Counted from the stretch's first letter, positions 20,313 to 28,934 are shown. The stretch: 32,218 nucleotides of DNA from an uncultured Burkholderiaceae bacterium (GCA_964602505.1 CAZRRW010000002.1:1-32218), one strand, 5' to 3'. Numbers and translations: made by a program. The notes: generated by a model from the sequence alone, not told the origin.

Positions 20313-21593
20313 ATGCTGCTGCGCCAGATCCAAGGCTCTGGCCACCTGGCCAGCAACATCGCGCACTTTGCGCGGGTGCTGCGCCGTGCCGGGGTGCCGT
20401 TGTCGCCGGGGCAGGTGATGGACGCGCAGGCTGCCGTGATGGCCGTGGGGCTGGACGACCGCGACACCCTGCGCGCCGCGCTGTCGGCCACGCTGGTCAA
20501 GCGCCATGAGCACGAGGCCGTGTTTGCCCAGGCCTTTGAGCTGTACTGGCAGAACCCGCGCCTGGCCGAGAAGATGATGCGCATGCTGCTGCCCACCATC
20601 TACGGCCGCACCTCGCCCACCGAGAAGAAGCGGCCCGACACCTTCAACCGCGTCAGCCAGGCCTTGCAGGCGCAGAAAGAGCGGCCCAAGGCCACCCTGG
20701 GCGACGAGCAGGAGGTCGAGCTGGACGCTGCGCTCACCTTCAGCGACCGTGACCTGCTGCAACAGAAGGACTTTGACACCCTGACGGTGGACGAGCTGGC
20801 CCAGGTGCGCCGTGAGCTGCTGCGCCTGAAGCTGCCCCTGCCGCAGCAGCGCACCCGCCGCTTTGGCCCTGCCGCCACGGCCCGGCAGGTAGACCGGCGC
20901 GCCACCTTGTGCCACTGGATGCGCACCGGCCAGCTGGGCCTGCGCTGGCACACACCGCGCCGCCGGCCTGCGCCCCTGGTGGTGCTGGCCGACATCTCGG
21001 GCTCGATGGACCGCTACGCCCGGCTGCTGCTGCTGTTGCTGCACCGGCTGAGCAACCCGGCGCGCTCGGGCCAGCCCGGGCAGCCAGCCACCCGGGTGGA
21101 AAGCTTTGTCTTTGGCACCCGGCTCACCCGCATCACCCGCGAGCTGCGCCACCGCGATGTGGACGTGGCCGTAGCCCGGGCGGCCAAGGCCGCGCCCGAC
21201 TGGGCGGGCGGCACCCGGCTCACCAGTTGTCTGCACGAGTTCAACCACCGCTGGGCGCGGCGGGTGCTTGGGCAGGGCGCGGTGGTGCTGCTCATCAGCG
21301 ACGGGCTGGACGCAGAGGTGCACCAGGACGGCGCGGCCGAGGCCCTGGCCTTCGAGGCCGAGCGTCTGCGCAAAAGCTGCACGCGGCTGCTGTGGCTCAA
21401 CCCCCTGCTGCGCTTTGACGCCTTTGAAGCCAAGCCCCTGGGCGTGCGCGCGGTGCTGCCGCATGTGGACGCCTTCTGGCCGGTGCACAACCTGGCCAGC
21501 CTGCACGGCCTGGCCCAGGCCCTGGGCGAGCTGGGCAACACCCGGCTGCAGCGCGAGTGGAAAGACGCGGCCCGTGCGAGACTTGTTGCCTGA
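20313..21593 (+). CDS. coxE: VWA domain protein (CoxE-like)
   Basis: 426 aa. MIDAS-type motif LADISGSMDRY. Its position directly after the MoxR ATPase is the canonical pairing. Confidence 0.88.
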   Translation: MLLRQIQGSGHLASNIAHFARVLRRAGVPLSPGQVMDAQAAVMAVGLDDRDTLRAALSATLVKRHEHEAVFAQAFELYWQNPRLAEKMMRMLLPTIYGRTSPTEKKRPDTFNRVSQALQAQKERPKATLGDEQEVELDAALTFSDRDLLQQKDFDTLTVDELAQVRRELLRLKLPLPQQRTRRFGPAATARQVDRRATLCHWMRTGQLGLRWHTPRRRPAPLVVLADISGSMDRYARLLLLLLHRLSNPARSGQPGQPATRVESFVFGTRLTRITRELRHRDVDVAVARAAKAAPDWAGGTRLTSCLHEFNHRWARRVLGQGAVVLLISDGLDAEVHQDGAAEALAFEAERLRKSCTRLLWLNPLLRFDAFEAKPLGVRAVLPHVDAFWPVHNLASLHGLAQALGELGNTRLQREWKDAARARLVA

Positions 21594-21617
21594 CGCATTT
21601 GCCCTGAAAGCCCTGCC

Positions 21618-22175
21618 ATGAAGATGACCGCCGAGCGCTTTGTGCCCGCCCCGCAGCAAGCGGTGTGGGACGCGCTGAACAACCCCGACGTGCTCAAGGC
21701 CTGTGTGCCCGGCTGCGAAAGCATCACCCAGGACAGCCCCACCGACCTGACGGTGCAGATGACCGCCCGCATTGGCCCGGTGGCGGCCAAGTTCAAGGGC
21801 AAGATCACGCTGAGTAACGTGAACCCGCCCACCAGCTATTCGCTGGGCTTTGACGGCCAGGGCGGCGTGGCCGGTTTTGGCAAGGGCGGCGCCGACGTGA
21901 AGCTCAGCCCCGCCACGGTGGACGGGGTGGACGGCACCACGCTGGCCTACGACGTGAACGCCCAGGTGGGCGGCAAGCTGGCGCAGATCGGCTCGCGCCT
22001 GGTGGATGCGGCTGCGGCCAAGATGGCCGACGACTTCTTTGAGCGCTTTGTGGACCAGTTCCCCAAACCCGAGGGGGCGCCCGCTGCCGTGCCAGACCGC
22101 GCTGACCCAACGCCGCAATCCATCTTCGGGCGGCTTATTGAATGGCTGGCCAGCCTGTTTGGTGGCAAGAAGTGA
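21618..22175 (+). CDS. coxG: SRPBCC-fold CoxG-like protein
   Basis: 185 aa. The N-terminus MTAERFVPAPQQAVWDALNNPDVLKACVPGCESI is typical of CoxG. Confidence 0.88.
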   Translation: MKMTAERFVPAPQQAVWDALNNPDVLKACVPGCESITQDSPTDLTVQMTARIGPVAAKFKGKITLSNVNPPTSYSLGFDGQGGVAGFGKGGADVKLSPATVDGVDGTTLAYDVNAQVGGKLAQIGSRLVDAAAAKMADDFFERFVDQFPKPEGAPAAVPDRADPTPQSIFGRLIEWLASLFGGKK

Positions 22176-22213
22176 GCAGCCCGGCCTGAAGCCCTGGGCA
22201 GTACGGGGGTGCC

Positions 22214-23236
22214 ATGGACAGTGTTGACCTTGAAGTCCTGAGAAGCAGCGTGAAGTGGCTGGCCGAGGGCCACGCCACCCTGCTGGTCACCATCACCAAA
22301 ACCTGGGGCTCCAGCCCCCGGCCCGAGGGCGCCATGCTGGCCATCCGCGCCGACGGTTGGGTGGTGGGCAGCGTGTCGGGCGGCTGCATCGAGGACGACT
22401 TGATCGACCGGGTGCGCAAACAAGGCATTACCCAAACCAAGCCCGAGGTGGTGACCTACGGCATCAGCGCCGACGAGGCACGCCGCTTTGGCCTGCCCTG
22501 CGGCGGCACCATCCAGCTGGTGATCGAGCCGCTGGGCGCCCACAGCCAGATGGCGGAGCTTCTGCAAGCCGTGACCAGTGGGCGTTTGGTGGCGCGCAGG
22601 CTGTTGATCGAGACCGGCGAGGTGACGCTCAGCGACGCGCAACGCGCCGACGGCGTGGTTTACGACGAGGCGGTGAAGATGCTCACCACCGTGCACGGCC
22701 CGCGCTTCAGGCTGTTGGTGATTGGGGCGGGGCAACTGAGCAAGTTCTTGTGCCAGATGGCCCTGGGCCTGGACTTCCAGGTGACCGTGTGCGACCCGCG
22801 CGAGGAATATCAAGACACCTGGGACGTGCCGGGTGTGACCCTGGTGCGCACCATGCCCGACGACACCGTGGCCGCTATGCAGCTGGACGAACGCTGCGCC
22901 GTGGTGGCCCTGACGCACGACCCCAAGCTCGACGACCTGGCCTTGATGGAGGCGCTGAAGAGCAAGGCCTTCTATGTGGGGGCGCTGGGCTCGCGCAAGA
23001 ACAACGAGGCGCGGCGCCAGCGCCTGACCGAGCACTTCGGCATGACGGCGGACGAACTGGCCCGCCTGCACGGACCCATTGGCCTGTTCATTGGCAGCCG
23101 CACCCCGCCGGAGATTGCGGTGTCCATCGCTGCGGAAATTGTGGCCGCCAAGAACGGCGTGGCCAGCCAGGTGGCCAGTGTGGAGGCCGACAAGAACGCC
23201 CAGAACAAGGGCGACGCGAGTGGCTGCACCCTCTGA
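22214..23236 (+). CDS. XdhC/CoxF(CoxI) family molybdenum-cofactor insertion accessory protein
   Basis: 340 aa. N-terminal XdhC domain (SSPRPEGAMLAI..GSVSGGCIE) and a Rossmann-like domain (LLVIGAGQLS). Confidence 0.88.
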   Translation: MDSVDLEVLRSSVKWLAEGHATLLVTITKTWGSSPRPEGAMLAIRADGWVVGSVSGGCIEDDLIDRVRKQGITQTKPEVVTYGISADEARRFGLPCGGTIQLVIEPLGAHSQMAELLQAVTSGRLVARRLLIETGEVTLSDAQRADGVVYDEAVKMLTTVHGPRFRLLVIGAGQLSKFLCQMALGLDFQVTVCDPREEYQDTWDVPGVTLVRTMPDDTVAAMQLDERCAVVALTHDPKLDDLALMEALKSKAFYVGALGSRKNNEARRQRLTEHFGMTADELARLHGPIGLFIGSRTPPEIAVSIAAEIVAAKNGVASQVASVEADKNAQNKGDASGCTL

Positions 23237-24006
23237 GGCACCCTCGACGGCCCTGCTGCGGCTGGACGAGCTCAGCCCCGGGGTGGCGGCGCTTACGCTG
23301 GTGCGCCCCGCGCAGCTGAATGCCCTGAGCCCGCCGCTGATTGACGCGCTGATTGCGCAATGCCAGGCCCTGCACCCGCGCACCGACTTGAAGGTGCTGG
23401 TGCTGCGTGGCGAGGGGCGTGCCTTCTGCGCGGGCTTTGACCTGAGCTTCTTCAAGCACACCACCAGCCAAGACCGGGTGGTGGCCCTGGGGCGCGACAT
23501 GGCCGAGGCCGTGGCCGCCCCTGCCCATGATCACCCTGGCCGCCTTGCAGGGCGCGTGCATTGGCTCCGGCGCCATCCTGGCGGCGGCGTGTGACTTGCG
23601 CGTGGCCGACGACAGCCTGGTCGTCGCCATCCCCGAGGTGGACATGGGCATTCCCCTCATCTGGAGCGGCGTGCCGCGGCTGATGCGCGTGCTGGGCCCC
23701 GCCCTCACGCACGAGCTGGTGCTCACCTGCCGCCGCATGACGGCGGCCGAGGCCCTGCAGCGCGGCTTCGTCAGCCAGGTGGTGCCGGTGGGCACGCTCG
23801 AGGCTGCTGCACTGGCCCTGGCCGAGCGCGTGGCCGGCAAGTCGGGCGAGGTACTGCGCCAAACCAAGGCCCTGCTGGCCAGCAGCCTGGCCGCAGCGGT
23901 GCCCTTGAACGACGGGGCGCAGGAGGCGGCAGCCACCGCCACCGCGATGGCAGATGCTGAGACGGCAGAACTGAGAGACGCTTACTTGAGGCAGAGGCGG
24001 CGCTGA
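23220..24006 (+). pseudogene. Enoyl-CoA hydratase/isomerase (crotonase) family gene interrupted by a +1 frameshift
   Basis: The N-terminal piece (VLVLRGEGRAFCAGFDL) is in one frame. The continuation PMITLAALQGACIGSGAILAAACDLRVA...(to TGA 24006) is in the next frame. The junction is at a CCCC run at 23518-23521. The start is uncertain: a GTG at 23220 overlaps the upstream stop, and no ATG is available. Confidence 0.7.
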
Positions 24007-24149
24007 GGTTTGCTGGGGTGGCGTTTACATCACGCCAGTGCCCGGATTCCCCACTTGACTGATTCGCCGGTAGTGGGTCGCAATGACGCCACGCGGAGAG
24101 TTTTTGTTCGCGTCTAGAAACTTTCTGCTTTTATGAAACAGGAGAATCC

Positions 24150-24359
24150 ATGACCCCTTACAGCTACATCAGAAACATCTTTTCCGCTAACGCAGCGAAG
24201 AACGGTGGCGTAGTTCGCAGACGTGTTGACGATGTCAAACGCTTTGCGAGCTTTCAAGCACTTGCCGACGAGGTTAAGCGGCGGGGGTTTCACCTGCTCG
24301 AAGCGGGGGATCAGTACCTCATCGTATGCAACAGCGCTAGCTGCAAACTGCATTTCTAG
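24150..24359 (+). CDS. Small conserved hypothetical protein (69 aa)
   Basis: AGGAG lies 6 nt upstream of the ATG. The protein is basic and non-repetitive (..NGGVVRRRVDDVKRFASFQALADEVKRRGFHLLEAGDQYLIVCN..). It resembles a small proteobacterial family I recall seeing with unreliable annotations. It sits in a locally lower-GC stretch. Confidence 0.6.
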   Translation: MTPYSYIRNIFSANAAKNGGVVRRRVDDVKRFASFQALADEVKRRGFHLLEAGDQYLIVCNSASCKLHF

Positions 24360-24451
24360 CGGTGCGTAGCAAATCGGAAGGCTGCCACAAGGCATATTGA
24401 TACTGGCTAAGGCTCGTTCGGTTATCTGTCTTCCCACGCCACCCGATCACT

Positions 24452-24646
24452 GTGTCGGCGGGGCTCCGCCTCTGGACATACCAGGAAGTTGTCACCCCGC
24501 CATCCGCAGCAACCGGGCGGCTGTGAACTGGCAGCCGAGCGCTCCCCGATCCCGAATTCGTTTCTAGGGCTCTTGTGTCTCAAGTGGCGGCGGGGTGTTC
24601 CGGGCCGACAACTTTCCGGTATGCCCGGAGGCGGAGGCCCGGACAC
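24452..24646. repeat. Long imperfect inverted repeat (about 50-nt arms, about 87-nt centre), forming an extended hairpin
   Basis: The arm at 24452-24501 is gtgtcggcggggctccgcctctggacataccaggaagttgtcaccccgcc. The reverse complement of 24589-24646 is gtgtccgggcctccgcctccgggcataccggaaagttgtcggcccggaacaccccgcc. Shared blocks are gtgtc, ctccgcctc, catacc, aagttgtc and caccccgcc, with one 9-nt insertion in the 3' arm. Confidence 0.85.
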
Positions 24647-24673
24647 CGCGCTGGCGCTCCAAGCGGTGTTTTT
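24643..24673 (+). terminator. Plus-strand intrinsic terminator at the 3' end of the hairpin element
   Basis: ACACCGC-(13 nt)-GCGGTGT followed by TTTTT. The reverse strand lacks a T tail, so the element is polar on the plus strand. Confidence 0.65.
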
Positions 24674-24774
24674 GTGCGCGAGGCGACACACCCAACCCGC
24701 CCGTATTCATTGGCCTGCAGGCCCAAAAGCTGCCGCAAGGCGCATGAATGCTGGCGGGGGCAGTGCAGGCGCCC

Positions 24775-25194
24775 TTAGGTGCCCACCGCCAGCGCGATGG
24801 TCACCTGCACCTCGGTGCGGGTCATCAGCTTGTGGATGGGGCACTTCTCGGCCACGGCCAACAGTTGGGCGCGGTGTTCGTCGGTCAGCCCCTCGCCCTC
24901 AAACGCCAGGGTGGTGCTGAGCTTGTAGACGCCCTGGCGCTCTTGCGAGTCGTCGCGGTTCACCGTCACCTTCACATGCGCCAGCGGCACGCCTTGGCGG
25001 CGGGCCCACCACAGGGCCGTCAGGGCCTTGCAGGCCCCTAGCGCGCCGTCAAACAGCTCGTGCGGGGTGGGGGCGGTGCCGCCGCCGTCTGCGGCGCCCA
25101 GGTCGGCATACCAGTCAAAGACGGAGCGGCCGTCGTCAAACTGCAGCACCTGGCGCGGCTTGCCATGCTCAACGGAGTGGACGGTCACGGTCAT
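24775..25194 (-). CDS. OsmC family peroxiredoxin-like protein
   Basis: 139 aa. Contains the OsmC fold motifs PTPHELFDGALGACKALT and AEKCPIHKLM (two conserved Cys). Confidence 0.9.
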   Translation of the reverse strand: MTVTVHSVEHGKPRQVLQFDDGRSVFDWYADLGAADGGGTAPTPHELFDGALGACKALTALWWARRQGVPLAHVKVTVNRDDSQERQGVYKLSTTLAFEGEGLTDEHRAQLLAVAEKCPIHKLMTRTEVQVTIALAVGT

Positions 25195-25248
25195 GGCGGC
25201 TCCTTCAGAGGCTGGGGCGGTCAGCGGGGTGCGCTCACCTAGGCGAGT

Positions 25249-25842
25249 TCAGTCAGGGGCGTTCAGTTTGCGTGCGCCCTTCAGCGCCTGTTCCACCACT
25301 TGCCGGGCGACCGCAGCTTGCTTGGCGTCGGCCAGCGCGCCGCTGGGGTCAAAGGCCTTGTCAGCGCCGCCCAGCGCGTACTGCGCGGGCGTCACCCAGC
25401 AGCCCAGGCGGCTGAACAGGGGGCGCAGGGTGGCCAGGGCCGTGATGCCGCCCATGGGTCCCGCCGATGCGGACATCAGCCCCACCACCTTGCCCGCAAA
25501 GGGGCGCGTGCCCACCTTCCATTCGTCGCCCATTTGCGGGCCGGGGCGGGTAGCCCAGTCGATGGCGTTCTTCAACAGCGGCGTGGTCATGCCGTTGTAC
25601 TCGGGCGTCACCACCACCCACGCGTCATGCTCAAACATCAGCCGCTTCAGGCGCTGGGCGCCTTCGGGCAGGCCCTGGGCGGCCTCCAGATCCTGGCTGA
25701 ACAGGGGCAGGCCCAGCTCGGCCAGCTCCAGCAGGGTGACGCTGGCCCCGAGGTCGCGGCCCGTCTGGGCGGCGGCGCTGGCCAACTGGCGTGAATACGA
25801 ACCGGTGCGGGCGCTACCGGCAAAGCAAAGCAGGCGGGTCAT
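25249..25842 (-). CDS. NAD(P)H-dependent FMN reductase family protein
   Basis: The MTRLLCFAGSARTGSYSRQLA N-terminus and VVVTPEYNGMTTPLLKNAIDW are typical of the family. The start was trimmed to ATG 25842. Co-directional with and upstream of the OsmC gene. Confidence 0.9.
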   Translation of the reverse strand: MTRLLCFAGSARTGSYSRQLASAAAQTGRDLGASVTLLELAELGLPLFSQDLEAAQGLPEGAQRLKRLMFEHDAWVVVTPEYNGMTTPLLKNAIDWATRPGPQMGDEWKVGTRPFAGKVVGLMSASAGPMGGITALATLRPLFSRLGCWVTPAQYALGGADKAFDPSGALADAKQAAVARQVVEQALKGARKLNAPD

Positions 25843-25901
25843 GGGGTGGGGTCTCCAGCAAGGGGCCAGCGAAGGCAATGGGGCACGACTATATTTCCGC
25901 G

Positions 25902-26795
25902 ATGCCTCTGCCTGCTGCTGACCGCGAATTCATCCTCACCCTGTCGTGCCAAGATGCCAAGGGCATCGTGCACAGCGTGTCCGGCCTGCTGTTCCAGGCG
26001 GGTTGCAACATCATCGACTCGCAGCAGTTTGGCGACGTGCAAAGCCCGGACGCCACCGGCCTGTTCTTCATGCGGGTGCACTTTGAGGCCCCACCCCACC
26101 TGGCCAGCGCCGACAAGCTGGCCCTGCTGTTTGAAAACGTGCGTGCCCAGTTCGGCATGCGCATCGGCCTGACGCCGGCGGCCCAACGCACCAAGGTGCT
26201 GCTGATGGTGAGCAAGTTTGGCCATTGCCTCAATGACCTGTTGTTCCGCTGGAAGTCGGGCCAGCTGCCCATCGACATCCCGGCCATCGTCTCCAACCAT
26301 CCCGACTTTGCAAGCCTGGCGCAGAGCTATGGCGTGCCCTTTCACCACCTGCCGCTGGCGGCCGGCGCCACGCCCGAGGCCAAGCGCGCGCAGGAGCAGC
26401 AGGTGGAGGCGCTGGTGGCCGAACACGGCGTGGGCCTGGTGGTGCTGGCGCGCTACATGCAGATCCTGTCGCCCGAGTTCTGCCAGTTTCTCTCGGGCCG
26501 TGCCATCAACATCCACCACAGCTTTCTGCCCAGCTTCAAGGGCGCCAAGCCCTACTACCAGGCCCACGACCGGGGCGTGAAGCTGATTGGCGCCACCGCC
26601 CACTACGTGACGGCCGACCTGGACGAAGGCCCGATCATCGAGCAGGGTGTCGAGCGGGTAGACCACACCATGACCCCGGAGAACCTGACCGCCGTGGGCC
26701 GCGACGTGGAGTGCGTCACCCTGGCCCGCGCGGTGCGCTGGCATTGCGAGCAGCGTGTGCTGATGAACGGCCACCGCACGGTGGTGTTCCGCTGA
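25902..26795 (+). CDS. purU: Formyltetrahydrofolate deformylase
   Basis: ACT domain FILTLSCQDAKGIVHSVSG plus a formyltransferase core (INIHHSFLPSFKGAKPYYQA, GATAHYVTADLDEGPIIEQ). The start is ambiguous between ATG 25902 and ATG 25878. Confidence 0.92.
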   Translation: MPLPAADREFILTLSCQDAKGIVHSVSGLLFQAGCNIIDSQQFGDVQSPDATGLFFMRVHFEAPPHLASADKLALLFENVRAQFGMRIGLTPAAQRTKVLLMVSKFGHCLNDLLFRWKSGQLPIDIPAIVSNHPDFASLAQSYGVPFHHLPLAAGATPEAKRAQEQQVEALVAEHGVGLVVLARYMQILSPEFCQFLSGRAINIHHSFLPSFKGAKPYYQAHDRGVKLIGATAHYVTADLDEGPIIEQGVERVDHTMTPENLTAVGRDVECVTLARAVRWHCEQRVLMNGHRTVVFR

Positions 26796-26830
26796 CGCGC
26801 CGCTGGCCGCCTCACCCCCGTCTGCCCGCC

Positions 26831-27280
26831 ATGCCTCGCGCCAGCCGCAAGCCGCCCCCCGCCGTGACCTTGGCCTCGGTGGAGGACGTGGAAGCTGCCT
26901 TCTACGACGCGCTGCGCAAGGGTGACATCGACGCGCTGATGGCCTGCTGGGCCGACGAGGAAGACATCACCTGCGTGCACCCTGGCGGGCCGCGCCTGGT
27001 GGGGGCCGGGGCCATCCGGGCCAGCTTTGGCGAGATGTTCACCCACGGCACGGTGCAGGCCACACCCGAGGCCATGAAGCAGGTGCACACCCTGGGTGCG
27101 GCCATCCATTCGGTGCTGGAGCGGGTGCAGGTGCTCACCAATGAGGGCCCGCAGGAGGCCTATGTGGTGGCCACCAACGTCTACCTGAAGACGGCCCAGG
27201 GCTGGCGCATGGTGGCCCACCACGCCAGCCCGGGCACGCCCGCCGAGCTTCAGGCGGCGGCGGGCATGACCATTCACTGA
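26831..27280 (+). CDS. NTF2-like (SnoaL/DUF4440-type) protein
   Basis: 149 aa. VEAAFYDALRKGDIDALMACWADEEDITCVHPGG is the typical SnoaL-like N-terminal helix pattern. The start was trimmed to ATG 26831. Confidence 0.8.
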   Translation: MPRASRKPPPAVTLASVEDVEAAFYDALRKGDIDALMACWADEEDITCVHPGGPRLVGAGAIRASFGEMFTHGTVQATPEAMKQVHTLGAAIHSVLERVQVLTNEGPQEAYVVATNVYLKTAQGWRMVAHHASPGTPAELQAAAGMTIH

Positions 27281-27304
27281 AGCGGCGGCGGCGGGGGCCT
27301 GTCG

Positions 27305-28348
27305 ATGCACGGCTATCGATCACCCTGGTGGTTGCCGGGCGGCAATGCGCAGACCATCTGGCCTGCCCTGCTGTCGCGGCGGCATTTGCCGGGCCGGCCC
27401 ATCCCGGTGCACTACCGGCGCGAGCGCTGGGCCACGCCCGACGGGGACTTTGTCGATGTGGACTTCAGCCAGCCGCACCTGGGCGCGCGGCCCTGGCTGG
27501 TGCTGTTTCATGGCCTGGAGGGCTCGTCACAAAGCCACTACGCCCTGGCCTTTGCGCGCTGGGCGGCGGCCCAGGGGCTGCACTACGTGGTGCCCCACTT
27601 TCGCGGCTGCTCGGGCGAGCTGAACCTGGCCCCGCGCGCCTACCACTCGGGCGACTTCGAGGAGATCGGCTGGATCCTGCGGCGAATCAAGTCACTGGCG
27701 GGTGATCAGCCGGTGATGGCGGTGGGCATTTCGCTGGGCGGCAACGCCTTGCTGCGCTGGGCGCAGGAGGCGGGTGACAGCGCGTCGCGCACGGCGGCGG
27801 CTGTGGCGGCCTGCTCTTCCCCCATCGACCTGGCCGCAGGGGGCGCCGCCATTTCGCGGGGCTTCAACCGGCAGGTCTACACCCGCATGTTCCTGCGGAC
27901 CATGAAGCCCAAGGCCCTGCGCAAGCTGCAGCAGCACCCCGGCCTGTTTGACCGTGCGCGCCTGGCCGCTGCGCGCGACCTGTTTGAGTTTGACAACGTG
28001 TTCACCGCGCCCTTGCATGGCTTTCGGGACACGCGCGACTACTGGGCCCGCGCCTCCGCCAAGCCGCATCTGGCGCGCATCCGCATCCCGGCCCTGGTGG
28101 TCAACGCCCGCAACGACCCCTTCGTGCCAGCGGCCAGCCTGCCTGGCGCGCACGAGGTGGGGCCGCACGTCACGCTGTGGCAGCCCCCGCACGGCGGGCA
28201 TGTGGGCTTTGCGCAGGGCGGCCTGCCCGGCGACGTGATGGCCTTGCCGCTGGCGGTGGGCCCATGGATGGCGCAGGCCACCGCGGTGCCGCTGCCGGCC
28301 GGGGCCGGGTTAGCCCAGCAGGCCAGCATGGCAGCCGCGCATGGATGA
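27305..28348 (+). CDS. Alpha/beta hydrolase, YheT-like
   Basis: The nucleophile elbow GISLGG, LFHGLEGS, and the N-terminal WWLPGGNAQTIWP are typical of YheT-type hydrolases. Confidence 0.85.
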   Translation: MHGYRSPWWLPGGNAQTIWPALLSRRHLPGRPIPVHYRRERWATPDGDFVDVDFSQPHLGARPWLVLFHGLEGSSQSHYALAFARWAAAQGLHYVVPHFRGCSGELNLAPRAYHSGDFEEIGWILRRIKSLAGDQPVMAVGISLGGNALLRWAQEAGDSASRTAAAVAACSSPIDLAAGGAAISRGFNRQVYTRMFLRTMKPKALRKLQQHPGLFDRARLAAARDLFEFDNVFTAPLHGFRDTRDYWARASAKPHLARIRIPALVVNARNDPFVPAASLPGAHEVGPHVTLWQPPHGGHVGFAQGGLPGDVMALPLAVGPWMAQATAVPLPAGAGLAQQASMAAAHG

Positions 28349-28934
28349 CCTGGTTGTCAAGGCGCTGGCCAAGTGGCCCAACGTGCCGCACTGCTGCGGC
28401 TGGCTGGGGCTGGACGCACGCGGCGGCTGGTGGATGCGCGACGACCGGGTGCAGGCCCTCGGCAGCTTTGCCGCTGGCTTTGGCCCACAGGCAGACCGCC
28501 GCGCCCGCGGCAGTCTGCTCGCCCATGACAAGCTGATCGCCTTCATCCACCGCAACTACACCTGCGACGCCGAGGGGCAGTGGTTCTTTCAGAACGGCCC
28601 CCAGCGGGTGTATGTGGAACTGCTGGCCACCCCCTACATCTGGCGGGTGGCCCCCGACTTTGCAGTGACGGCGCACACGGGCGAGGCCACCTTGCCGCAG
28701 CGCTGCGTGGTGGACGAGCAAGGCCGCGTCTACCTGGACTGTGCGCTGGGTTTTGGCCTGGTGCACACCCTCGACATGGGGCATGCAGCCGACGCCATTG
28801 AGCAGGGCCTGTGGGTGCCGATGGAGGTGCCCACGGCCGAACTGCCGGGCCGCTTCGGGTATGTGCGCAGCCCGGCGGCACGCCGCGCCGCCACGGCCCA
28901 GGGCGCAGCGCCCGTGCCACGCGCCGCCCCATGA
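28341..28934 (+). CDS. Conserved hypothetical protein (DUF-type, commonly coupled to YheT-like hydrolase genes)
   Basis: 197 aa. ATGGATGA start/stop overlap with the hydrolase gene. The segments WPNVPHCCGWLGLD and FFQNGPQRVYVEL look like a conserved domain whose name I cannot recall with certainty. Confidence 0.7.
   Translation: MDDLVVKALAKWPNVPHCCGWLGLDARGGWWMRDDRVQALGSFAAGFGPQADRRARGSLLAHDKLIAFIHRNYTCDAEGQWFFQNGPQRVYVELLATPYIWRVAPDFAVTAHTGEATLPQRCVVDEQGRVYLDCALGFGLVHTLDMGHAADAIEQGLWVPMEVPTAELPGRFGYVRSPAARRAATAQGAAPVPRAAP

Noticed and set aside
20010-22118. 702-aa ORF on the minus strand.
   Set aside because: It is antisense to the CoxD/CoxE/CoxG-like genes. It has the same GC-artefact composition.
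24114-24437. 107-aa ORF on the minus strand.
   Set aside because: It is antisense to the 69-aa ORF, which has a proper RBS. It has no RBS of its own and an implausible sequence.
24452-24673. Identity of the hairpin element as 6S RNA, RNase P RNA, tmRNA, SRP RNA or a cobalamin riboswitch.
   Set aside because: None of the conserved motifs I know are present. I looked for GGAAAGUCCGGGC (RNase P), GGUCAGGUCCGGAAGGAAGCAGCC (SRP), a tRNA-like GGUUCGA...CCACCA end (tmRNA), and the B12 box with GCCACUG. The 6S identity is not excluded rigorously, but the genomic context and sequence do not support it. This needs Infernal.
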